NCBI GenBank assembly: GCA_034002465.1
Contig: JAVFAO010000001.1
Coordinates: 1,086-65,085, forward strand
DNA from: Myxococcota bacterium
GTDB taxonomy: Bacteria; Myxococcota_A; Bradymonadia; UBA4248; JAVFAO01
Reading direction: 5' to 3'
DNA: 64,000 nucleotides
Both the position numbers and the translations under genes were made by a program. Below, one piece after another: positions 41,383-51,300 of this stretch (positions are counted from its first letter, which is position 1; each line of letters starts with the position of its first letter). The notes below the pieces were generated by a model. It was not told where the DNA came from. It did not search any database and worked only from the letters and a program-made list of their open reading frames with translations.

Positions 41383-41442
41383 GTGGGGCTCTGCCCCACG
41401 CCCCGCCAAAGGGCTAGCCCTTTGGAATCCCTTCTCTTTTTC
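41383..41442 (+). terminator. Family-2 double-hairpin element; candidate bidirectional terminator between convergent genes
   Basis: GTGGGGCtctGCCCCAC gccccg CCAAAGGGCtaGCCCTTTGG aatcccttctctttttc. Two perfect hairpins followed by a T-rich run. Confidence 0.5.
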
Positions 41443-41496
41443 GTATCGCTCGGCGACTCCTCTTGGGTCCCACGCCTCGACATTAGTGAGACTGCG

Positions 41497-42780
41497 CTAG
41501 TGAGACTGCGCTGGCGCTGCGGCCTTGGCCACTGGCATGGGCGGTGGTGGCGGTGGCACGAGCAGCTCGGAGTTGGGGCTTTGGGCCCGACTCTCTTCGA
41601 TTTCGCGCACTTGCCTGCTCCACTCGGCGATAGCCTGCTCCTCCTGGCGCAGTGCGCTTTCATCGTCCATGTACTGCCGCAATCGTTGCAGTCGCTCGTC
41701 ACTGGCAGTGGCCCATTCGTTCTCGATGCCCAGTCTGACGCTGGTCTTGGCCGTTGTTTCGTAGGCGATCAGGGCTTCGTCGAGCAGTGGTCTGAAATCC
41801 TCTCTGAGCGCCAGGAAGTAGTCCCTGAGCTCCTCGCCCTCAAGCTCTGGCGGGACCTCGGCGGTGAGCAGATCGTAATAGAAATCCTCGAATAGTTTTC
41901 CGACCATGTACCCAGAGAGTATTCCCCAGAAGTGATTCCTCTGGTTGACTGTGTCGATGTAGGCGGAATACGCCGATTTGGCGAGTGAGCGCTTGACCTC
42001 GAGGTCTTCCTTCATGCGCTCTTCGGGCAGTCGGAAGCGGATGCGCGAGAAGCGCAGGTGGTAGGCGAGGGCGATGCCGTAGTAGGCACCGGAGACGAAG
42101 TAGTGGGTGTTGGCGATGCGCGCGGTGCCTGCGAGTCGGTTGCGCTTGAGACTTGCTCGGAAGCTCTGTTCGGCGTCGTCGTACTGACCCAAGGCGATTT
42201 GGGCCATCCCGAGTCGGTAGGATGCCTCGGTCTTGTCGAGATGGCGCAGGTCTTCGCGCTCGAGCAAGCGCTGCATGTGGGTGGCGACCCGTTCCCAGTT
42301 GCTGCTGTTGGCGTCACATTCGGCGAGTCGGAAGGTGGCGTCGAGGGCGTCACGGGAATTGGCTTGCAGCGCGAGCAAGCGGAGGTAGCGCTCGGCTGCG
42401 AGCTCCCAGTTAGCGAGCTGCTCGTGGCAAAGGCCCGCGTTGTAGATGCTGGCGATTTCGTATTCGGAGCCTGGAAGGTTTTGCCAAAGGGTGTCGAAAT
42501 TTCGGGCACAATCCTGGTAGGCTGCGTCGTCGAGTTCTTGTCGTGCTTGGGCGAAGAGCTGGTCGGCGTTGACAGTGCGCACCTCATCATTGACGCGAAT
42601 GAGGAATTCGGCGTCGAGGGCCATCTTCTGGACGGGCACAGGGGCGGAAGCGCAGCCGAATGCAGCGAGGGAGATGGCGAAGCTGAGGCGCAGCAGCGCC
42701 ACTCGAGCAGCGTTGGAGCACGGGCTGCAGCCGGGTGTTGGAGGGATGCGTGTCCAACGGTGGACTTCGCGTTGTTGCAT
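41497..42780 (-). CDS. TPR-repeat lipoprotein
   Basis: Start MQQREVHRW.. with lipobox ISLAAFGC. Several TPR-like helix pairs. Pro-rich C-terminus. Confidence 0.6.
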   Translation of the reverse strand: MQQREVHRWTRIPPTPGCSPCSNAARVALLRLSFAISLAAFGCASAPVPVQKMALDAEFLIRVNDEVRTVNADQLFAQARQELDDAAYQDCARNFDTLWQNLPGSEYEIASIYNAGLCHEQLANWELAAERYLRLLALQANSRDALDATFRLAECDANSSNWERVATHMQRLLEREDLRHLDKTEASYRLGMAQIALGQYDDAEQSFRASLKRNRLAGTARIANTHYFVSGAYYGIALAYHLRFSRIRFRLPEERMKEDLEVKRSLAKSAYSAYIDTVNQRNHFWGILSGYMVGKLFEDFYYDLLTAEVPPELEGEELRDYFLALREDFRPLLDEALIAYETTAKTSVRLGIENEWATASDERLQRLRQYMDDESALRQEEQAIAEWSRQVREIEESRAQSPNSELLVPPPPPPMPVAKAAAPAQSH

Positions 42781-42803
42781 GGCTTCCTCAGTGGGACATT
42801 TTT

Positions 42804-42910
42804 TGTTGATTGGGCGCTTGGCCTGTTTCCCCAAGTTTTTGTCGATTGGGCGCTTGGCCTATTCCCCAAGTTTTTGTCGATTGGGCGCTTGGCCTGTGTT
42901 CCCAGCTTCT
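42804..42910 (-). repeat. Family-1 repeat array, 3 units
   Basis: ttgt[tc]gattgggcgcttggcct[ga]tt[tc]ccccaagttt, period 35-36. It overlaps the stop region of the 42859-44898 gene and sits 24 bp upstream of the 41497-42780 gene start. Confidence 0.9.
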
Positions 42911-44898
42911 TTTTCGTCGCGGGCCAAGGTGAGTGCTTCGATTTCGAGGAGTCGCTGTTGGAGCCGCTTCCATGCAAAGAGGAGAGTGTCGATGGGTACC
43001 GGCGCCTCACCCTCTCGATCGATGAACCGGGCGAAATCGATGCTTAGTTCCACCAAGCGACGTTGTTCTTCGAGCAGGGCTTGGAGGGTGGGCGAACGTT
43101 CGGGCTTGAGCGCGCGTGCGAACTCCTCGACTTGGAAGATGATTTGGCCCATTGCGCGCAAGAGGTTGAGGTAGCTGCCGTTTCGGTGCGCGTAGAGATC
43201 CCAGGTTCGCTCCCAGTGTGGGAGCTGAGGCCAGTCCAAGGACGCGCTGGAGAGCTCGGCAAACCAGGCGTGCATGGCAGCGAGTCGCTGGACCTGTCGA
43301 GCGACGTGCAAGCGGCTGAGCTCGAGGATGACGAGGTTGTGTCCTAGGCTTCGTTCTGCGACTGGAATACTCCGCCATCCTTCGATCCATTGGGATTGTT
43401 TCGGGGAGTCTTCGACGATGGGAGAGGGGACGCTGCGGCAGCGGTCGTCACCGCAGGCTTGGGCGATGCTTTGGTGCATGCGTTCGAGGGTGGCATCGAT
43501 TTCGGAGATGGCGAGCAGGACCTGTTCAACCTCAGCGATGCGTGCTGGAGAACGAATGGGGTCGAGGACCTCGCTGACGAAGGGGGTGAGGAGCTTTCCT
43601 CGTTTGCTGAGCCGGAGTGCCTCGGCTTGGAGGCGCTCCTTGCTGGGTGTGATGGCGAAGAACGCGGCGCGCCAGGCGACGCGGTCTTCGAGGACGGGAG
43701 GGGTGTCGTGTCCTTCGGAATCGAGGATCTCGGCGAAGCTTTGCCAGAGCAGGGCGTTGCCTTCATCCCAGTGGTGGAGGATGGCGAATTCGAGACCGAT
43801 CAGTTCGGCGACACGGAGGTCGACGGCGTTTTGGGTGGCGCTGAGTTCAGCGAGTATTTCTCCGGGTGTTTCTTCGTTTTTTCCGAGCGTGACGAGCAGG
43901 GCGCGCATCCCTTGCTGGGCGCGTTGCAAGGCCACTTGCATTTTCAGGCAGTAGTCGAGGCTGCTTGCAGCTCTGCTGACGGTTCGTACGCGCGCGGCGA
44001 TGCATTCTGCTGAGGGCGAGCCCTCTTGGGCAGAGACCAGACGTTCGAGGACTTTGCTCTCGGTGCTGTACTCAGAGACGGCGTCGGAGAGCGCCTCGCT
44101 CTGAGCGAGCCAGGCTTCAATGGCGAGCAGAGGGCCAGTGACGGAGCCTGCAGCATAGCTCCATCGGGCGTCGGTTTCGGTTCTGCTACGCCAGTCGAGC
44201 AAGGCTTCGTGTAAGCGCAGCATCAGCGCGAGTGCCGGCCGATGTCTGGCGAAGCGTGTGACCATTTTGGCATGTAGCCAGTCGCCGTCGAGTCGGCTTG
44301 CGTGCGAGTCGAGCTTTTCGAAGTTCTGGCGTTCGCGTTCGAGGTGACTGAGCAAGGGTTCATCTGCATGTTGCAGCTTGTCGGCGCTGAAGGCTTCGCG
44401 CAGTTTGTCGAGGGAGTCGACGAATGAGCGCGCAGCGAGCTCGAGTCGGCCCAGGGCCCAGAGAACGTTGCGATGCTGCTGCACGAGTTGATGCGCGCCC
44501 AAGGTCCAGGTGTGTGGATGGTGCCACTGCGGATCGACGCTGCATTGTAGAGTTGGTCGTGGTGTGGTGGCGAGAATGAGGGCTGATTCGGCGAGGGTAT
44601 GGTATTCTTCAAAGGCGTCGAGGACGGTTCGCCATTGCTGTCGCGCCTCAGGCTCGAGGCGCGTCTCAAGTGCTTCCGGTATGGCGATACTCTGTTTGAG
44701 TGCTTCGACCCCCGTTCTCCATGCGTGTTCTGGTGTTCCGACTTCATCGTAGCCAACCAGGTGTACGCTGGGGACGCGCAGTTCGGGCATGGGGTGGTCG
44801 ATTCGGTCTGCCGGGGTTTGGCATTGCGAGCAGGCGCCGAGCGACGCGCAGAGCGCGCTCAGGGCGAGTAAGCGCAGGCTTCCTGCAAACGTATGCAT
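42859..44898 (-). CDS. Large hypothetical lipoprotein, preceded by conserved leader element A
   Basis: Start MHTFAGSLRLLALSALCASLGAC (lipobox). Mostly helical, no known motif. The C-terminus is encoded by repeat units (..GNTGQAPNRQKLGE). The longest ORF extends to 45174. Confidence 0.6.
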   Translation of the reverse strand: MHTFAGSLRLLALSALCASLGACSQCQTPADRIDHPMPELRVPSVHLVGYDEVGTPEHAWRTGVEALKQSIAIPEALETRLEPEARQQWRTVLDAFEEYHTLAESALILATTPRPTLQCSVDPQWHHPHTWTLGAHQLVQQHRNVLWALGRLELAARSFVDSLDKLREAFSADKLQHADEPLLSHLERERQNFEKLDSHASRLDGDWLHAKMVTRFARHRPALALMLRLHEALLDWRSRTETDARWSYAAGSVTGPLLAIEAWLAQSEALSDAVSEYSTESKVLERLVSAQEGSPSAECIAARVRTVSRAASSLDYCLKMQVALQRAQQGMRALLVTLGKNEETPGEILAELSATQNAVDLRVAELIGLEFAILHHWDEGNALLWQSFAEILDSEGHDTPPVLEDRVAWRAAFFAITPSKERLQAEALRLSKRGKLLTPFVSEVLDPIRSPARIAEVEQVLLAISEIDATLERMHQSIAQACGDDRCRSVPSPIVEDSPKQSQWIEGWRSIPVAERSLGHNLVILELSRLHVARQVQRLAAMHAWFAELSSASLDWPQLPHWERTWDLYAHRNGSYLNLLRAMGQIIFQVEEFARALKPERSPTLQALLEEQRRLVELSIDFARFIDREGEAPVPIDTLLFAWKRLQQRLLEIEALTLARDEKEAGNTGQAPNRQKLGE

Positions 44899-44981
44899 TC
44901 GTTCGCTCGAGGGCACCGACCTCTCGACAACGACAATTCCTCCGGTATATCGAGAGGATGCGCTCCCCTCGCTCACTTTCG
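44896..44981 (-). promoter_or_regulatory. Conserved 5' leader element, copy A (includes the start codon)
   Basis: Reverse complement reads CGAAAGTGAGCGAGGGGagcgcATCCTCTCGAtataccggaggaattgtcgttGTCGAGAGGTCGGTGCCCtcGAGCGAACGAATG. Homologous to 58409-58479 and 60838-60995. Confidence 0.6.
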
Positions 44982-45366
44982 CTTGCAAGATGCCTCTGGT
45001 TGGTCGTTTCGGGGGCCGAGTCCGAACGAGAGCGGAGCGAATTGGGTCGCGATTTCGCTTGCGCTCGCTCGGTCTTCGCGGTGCTTGGGCGGGCATTGGA
45101 TGTGCACCTCCAGATGCCGACTCAGATGCGCGGCGCGTGCTTCCTGTGCTGGCTGGGCGAAGTAGAGGGAACATGTGGAATCGACTCGCTTGAGCTCAGT
45201 GGGTGGTGACCCGGTTGCTTGTGGGAGTGCGAAGCAGAACCAAAAGAAAAAAAGGTGCACTGAAGGGCACTTCACGGCTTGCCGCGGGAGTGACCTAATC
45301 GGTAGTGTATACCCCCCTGCTTGTGCTTTCCACACAGGCATCTTGGAGAACGTCGAGGACACGTCG

Positions 45367-48300
45367 ATGGCGAACGAGCCCAAAGATCCTTCGCAAGCCC
45401 GCCCTCCACTTCCGCCTACCGCGCGGGCATCGTCGTCGAGCGGTAAAGCGCCGCCGCCGCTCCCGGTGCTGAAGCCGCCCTCACTGCCCAGACCGACCGG
45501 AGCGCCACCAGCACCGCCTTTGCCACCTCTTCCCAGGCCCTCGGGCGATGCCAACGAGGAAGTGATCGAGCTCTTCGATTTGAGCGATGCGGAGCCGGTG
45601 ACCAGTCAGGTCCGCATGGAGGAGCTGAGCAAGCTCGCCTCTCACGGTTCTGCTCGAACCGCAGCACCGCCTCCGCAGCTTCCGCAGTTCAAGTTGCCGC
45701 AACGAGCCGAAGGAGACGCGTCGAGTGACGAAGCGGTCTTGAGTGATAGCCTGGAGGACTTGGAGCAAAGCGAGGGGGGAGGCCACCGGCGCGACACCGA
45801 GGCGATGTCGGTCGCCGACATTTTCGGGCATCGCAAACTGGTGACTGAGGAGCGACGTGCCACGGAGAAAATGGAGGCGGTCGGGGCGCAGTCCGAGAAG
45901 GGGGCGCTGGAGCCGCTCGAGTCAGGGATCGTGGCGTCCGTGCTGGACGAGTTGTCAGATTTGCCGTCGCTCTCTGCGGTCGATTTCGAGGTCAGCAGCC
46001 TTTCTGATCCGCTCGCTTCAGCATCGCTCGCTGTTGCCGACCTCGATCCAGCGCGGCCGACTGTGGATTTGGCCGCGGTCTTACAAGCCCCGGTACGACC
46101 ACAAAGCGCGGTGAGCAGCGCGCCATTGCCTGCGTTATGGGGATTGCGCAACGCGACGCGGGTGGCCCGTCGGGCGAGCGCCAACCAGAGTCGCTTGGGT
46201 GTCGAGCCGACCTTGACCTCCGGCATGTTGCGCATGCGAACGGGGGTCGAAGGAGAGTTCGAGAAGCTCTATTTGCCTGGATTGGCTGTGAGGATGAGCT
46301 CGGAGCTCTTGGCTGAGGTCAGTCAGGTCGAGCCAGCGTTGCAGTCGGCTTATCTGCACTTGGTCGCAACGGCGTGTCGGCAGTCGGTGGTGTCGGAAGC
46401 GAGTACTCTCGCCCGCCAACTCGACACCGAGGCTGTGGAGCTGGATCCGAACCTGCTGTTGGCGCACCTGTGGTTGGTCTTGGGGGCGTGGCGCGAGAGC
46501 GACTGGGAGGATTGTGCCTTGGCGCTGGGGCGCATGGCCACTCAGCTCGATGAAATCGCGCATGTTCGCAAGGAGTTGACGACTCAGCTCCCATTGCTCT
46601 ACACGCTGCTCGAGCTGATGATGGAGTGGCGGCTTTCGGAAAGCAGCGAGACCTTGCTTGCCCTCTGTCAGCACGCCCTCAGCATCGAGGGCAATCGCTT
46701 GGTTGCGTTGCTCAACTTCACGCGCCAGGCCCTCGCTCGGCGCGATGAGCTGGACACGGGCCGGGGTTACCGGGCAGTGATTTCGTCGGCTCCTCCGATT
46801 GTCGCTGAGGCATTTGCCATTGATTGGATGAATCAGCTCTGGCTCGAGCGGGCCGATCCGCGCGCTGCGCTCGGCTTTTGGGAAGAGTTGGGCGAGCTCG
46901 AGGTGCGCGATCCCTATCATTTGGCCTGCGTACAGATGCTGGCTTGGGCCAATCTGTCTGCGTCGCTCGAGATCGTGGCTTTGCGGGGTTGGAGCGCTTT
47001 TGACGAGATGGCTGCATACCAGCCGCGCTCGTCTGACGAGGGCGCGTTGTTGGCGTCGCGTCGGGCTGCGTTCCGCCATCGTATCAGCCTGCTTGCGGCA
47101 CAGCAGGGGGAGCAGCGGGTGCGGGAGATGGAGCTGCACGAGGCCATTGGCCTGGACCCTCTCTGTCCCCTGTACGTCTACGAGTGGGCGGCCGAGTCTC
47201 TTGCTGCGGGCAAACTGAACGCCTATGAGAGCGCCTGCAGCGCGCAGTTGGCCCTGGCGCAAGCGCAGTCTCGTCGTCATGCCATTGCTTTTGCGGCGCT
47301 GAGTCGTGGCGTCGACCTGGATGCGCTCAGCGAAGAGCAGCGCGTTGAGTTGGGTTCCATTGACGAGCCGGCGGCGAAGATGCTGTATGCACGTCATCTG
47401 CGCAAGCTTGGTGAGTCCGAGGCGGCGGCTCGGGTCGAGAGTGCGCTGTGTGCAGAGACCTTGCCGTGGATGGCTGGCGTGTTGGCCGAGCTCGAGCTGG
47501 GAGATTTCGAGCTTGCATCGTCGATTTACCGAGAAGGGCTCGCCAACGGGGCGTCTGACCCCATTCTGCGGGCGAGTCTTCGCCGTTGCGCGCGTGCTCT
47601 GGGGCTCGAGCTCGAGGAGCCTGGGTTTGGCGGGCAGGGGCGAGACAGCAAGTGGCGCATGGCGCTGCAGGCCCAGGGTTTGGACGAGCAGGTCGAGAAG
47701 CTGGGCGAGCTGGTGCGTGAAGACGCCTCAGAGCTGCTGGCTTGGCAGTATCTGATCGAGCGTTTGGTCGAGCAGGGAGATTATCGTCGTCTCGATGCTT
47801 CTTGCCAGAAGCTCTCGTCACTCGCGGGTGGTGACGACTTTCTGAGTCGGTGGGCGCTCGAGTATCGGGTGTTGGTTTTGTCGGCGCAGCCACCAGCTGC
47901 GGGCATCGCGCGGGCGCTCAAGGATCTGGCGACCGCTTACCCCGATTCTGTGATGTTGTGGCAGGGAGAGTACCAGCAGCTCGTTCGGGTGGGGAAGTGG
48001 CAAGACCTGGTTCAGCATTGCGAGATTGAGGCGCGGCGTCATCAGCAGCTTCGGAGCTGGCTGCAGCTTCGAAGTGCGTGGATTGAGCGGACGCTTTTGG
48101 GCAACGCACAGCGTGCTTTGGAGCTGATAGCCGATCTGTGTGTGGAGGAGGAGGCAGCGCCAGTTGTGCGTCAGGCCTTCTGGATGCTGCTCGCCGAGAC
48201 AGGGGATTGGGAGCGTCTGTCCAACGCCTTCGAGCGCATGCTGCAGAGCTGTGGCCCCTCGCCGCGGTCGGCTCTGCTCCAACATTTGGGCTCTTTGCGT

Positions 48301-51300
48301 CAAGATCGGTTGTCGGAAATCGATGCTGCAGAGCGCGCCTATCGGTCAGCGCTCGCGCTCGATCCCGATGCGGCAGGTGCGTGGCGTGAGTTGATCGGCG
48401 CGGCTTGGCGTCGTCGAGATTGGGAGGCGCTCAGTCGCACCCTCAAGGAGCGTCTCGAGCGCGAGCTCAGCCCCATGGTTCGTCGAACCCATTTGCGGGA
48501 ACGCGGGTTCGTGACGGCAGTGCTGCTGAACCAGTTGCAGCTTGCCGAACAGAGCTACTTGCAGTTGCTCGAGTTGGATCGGGATGTCTTTGCGCTACGC
48601 GGGCTGTCGCGACTGGCGCGGGTCTTGGGAAACAACCCGGCGCTGATTCGGCTCTTGGGTGAGATGGTCGAGGAGATTGATGATCCCTTCGACCAGCTTT
48701 ACGCGTTGGCCGAGCAGGGGCGTTGTTTGCAGCGGGTCAATGGAGTGGTATCGGCCGAGTGGATGTCGAGCCTGGCCGAGCTCATGCCAGGTCATCCCTT
48801 GTTCGAGTTCTTCTTCTTTACGATGCTCGAAGAGAAGGCCATTGCGCCTCAGCAGCTCTTGGCGCTGAGCGAGCTGCTGATCGGCTCCGAGCACCGAGCC
48901 CGATCAGCCCTGGATCGGCTGATGTTGGCCAGGTTACTGCGGGCTGCCGATGAGCATGAGCAAGCACAGGCCCGTCTTCGGGGGCTTTGGGAGGAAGATC
49001 CCGACTGTATTCCTGCGCTGCTCGAGTTGCTTGCCAATGCACAGCGAGCAGGTCAGCATGAGGAAGCGCTCGCGTGCTTCGCCGAGCTGCGTGGGCTCTT
49101 TGTCCCGCTCCCGATGCCGCGAGCGGCCTTATTGGCTGCTCGAGCTCACGCTCAGGCCTGTGGCAAGGCGGAGGTGCTCAGTGCCATCGAGGCCGAGCTG
49201 GGGCTGCTCGAGGATCAGGGCGAAGTCGAGTTGGAACTGAGTGATCCTAGCCAATTCCTTGCCTTGTGCGAGGAATTGCTGGGCGTTCAGAACAGCCCTC
49301 TGCGCCGTGGCTATTTGCTGGTGAACATGGCGCGCTTGCAGGAGTCCATCCAGCTCGAGCGCAGTGAAGCCTCCTATGCGCTCTGGCTGGCGGCGGCGCG
49401 TCTGGTGCCGGCGAGTCGCGAGGTGCATCAAGCGCTGATGCGCTATGCCATTTACGATGAGCTCGGCACTGAGCAACGTGCGGAGCTGCGCCGCTATCTC
49501 TTGGGTCTGTTGCAGTCTGATGAATACGTCGAGATGTGGCTTCAGATTGCAAACGTGCACGAAAACAGAGATGACGCCGACGGGGCGAGGGAGGCATTGG
49601 ATACGGTCTTGTCATGCAATCCAGGGGAGCGGCGCGCTCTCCAGCGGCTGGCAGAGCTGGCCTGGGAGCGAGGGGAGATCGACATCGCAACGAGCTGGCT
49701 GCAGAAACTCGCGCACATCACCACCCATCGCGGCCTGCGGGCTGCCATCGAGCTCGAGATTGGGCTCATTCTCGAGACCCTCTTCGAGCGTCCCTTGGAG
49801 AGCTTCGATCACTATTCTCGCGCGCTCGAGGCTTTGCCCTCCGATGCCTCACTGCTCTATTTCGGGGCGCGTGCGATGGAGAGCCTGGAAGAGTGGGGAA
49901 CCGCTGCCCAGATGCGGCTGCAGGAGGCTTCGGCACATCGATTTGGTTCCGAGTATCAAGCCATCATTTGGTCCGCGGCACGGATCTTTGGGCGGCGTCT
50001 GAATTCCTACGATGTGTTGCGGGGCTTGGTGGATCGCAATCAGCACCCAAGCATCGCTTTCGATCCCAAGCTGCTGCTCGTGGTTCACGAGCTTGCATCA
50101 CTCTTCGGAGACAACGACACCCTGCTCTTGCAGCGCCTTCTCGAAAGCGTGGAAGGTTCTTCCCTGCGGGCAGCGCTGTGTTGGCAGGGCAGCGAGTGGT
50201 CGACGGATGCCAATGAACAGGTCGCATGGTTGCAGCGCTCATTAGAATGCGACCCGTGTTTCATTTTGGCAGCCTATCCTCTTGAGTTTGGAGCTGCAGA
50301 GTTGGTATCCACCGAGGCGCTTGCCCACGCGTTGGCGGCGCAGGGGAGGTGTGAGCGCAATGCGATGCTGCTCTCCCGAGCTGCCGAGCTGGCGAACAAC
50401 GCTGGAGCAGCGTCGTTTGCGTTGGAGCTGCTCGAAGTAGCAGTGGAGCTTCTCGACGATCACGCGCTCTTGTTGCCATGGGGGCCCGGTTCGGTGTTGA
50501 TGCGGGTCGTCGAGCCCTGCGTCCAGGGGCGCGTTGCTGCGCTGCGCGAGGCCTTGCGTGCACGCCATCTCAGCGATTCATCTCGGATGTTCATGGAGTA
50601 CCAGTTTGCTTGTGCTGGCAGTGGCGAAGAGGCGCTGCGGTCCTGGCGTTGGATCGTCGAGCGTCGTAGTCGTGACGGTTATGCCAAGGAGCGGCTGGAG
50701 CTCTTACTCGGCAAGGACAGCGACCGCCGCGCGTTGCTGGCTCAGCGTCGTCACCGCCTCGACAGCCTTCGTGCCCGAGTTGCTGCAGACACTCTGGACA
50801 AGAGCGCGAAAGTTGAGGGAAATCAGCAGTCTCGCCAACAAGAATCGCAGACCAACAGTGAGCAGATTCGGTTGGCGAGCTGGGAGTTGGCGCTGATGCT
50901 GTGCACTGAGCGAGACGCTCTTGCGGAGTTGCGTGAGCTCCTTGATGAGCAGCTCCAGCGTTCACCTCGCGATCTCGCTTTCTGGATGCTGCGCAGCATG
51001 ATTGAGCGTCGCTGGTCGCTGGATGAGCTGCTCGATGCGGTCTTGAGCGCGGCCATCTCTGCGATGGGTGAAGATGCGCCTGCACAGTGGTGGCTGGAGA
51101 AGGGCTTGCTTGCGCATTTTTCCCTCGACCGCAAACAGGATGCCATTGCGGCATACCAGATGCTTTTGGCTGCGCAGCCTAGCTGTCTGATCGCGCACGA
51201 TGCGCTCGGCGAATTGCTACCTCCAGACTCAGCAGAGTGGCTCTCTGCTTTGGAATCCCGTATCGCAGCGGAGGTAGATGAGTCTTACCGAGCGGTTCTC

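Noticed and set aside
44940-44960. GGAAT/GGAAC in the leader-element loops as an ECF-sigma -35 box
   Set aside because: Present in copies A and C only and deleted in copy B. No consistent -10 element at a fixed spacing.
46135-47397. 420-aa minus-strand ORF inside the giant gene
   Set aside because: Antisense shadow ORF within the 8.6-kb + strand gene. Arg/Gln-rich composition, no motifs.
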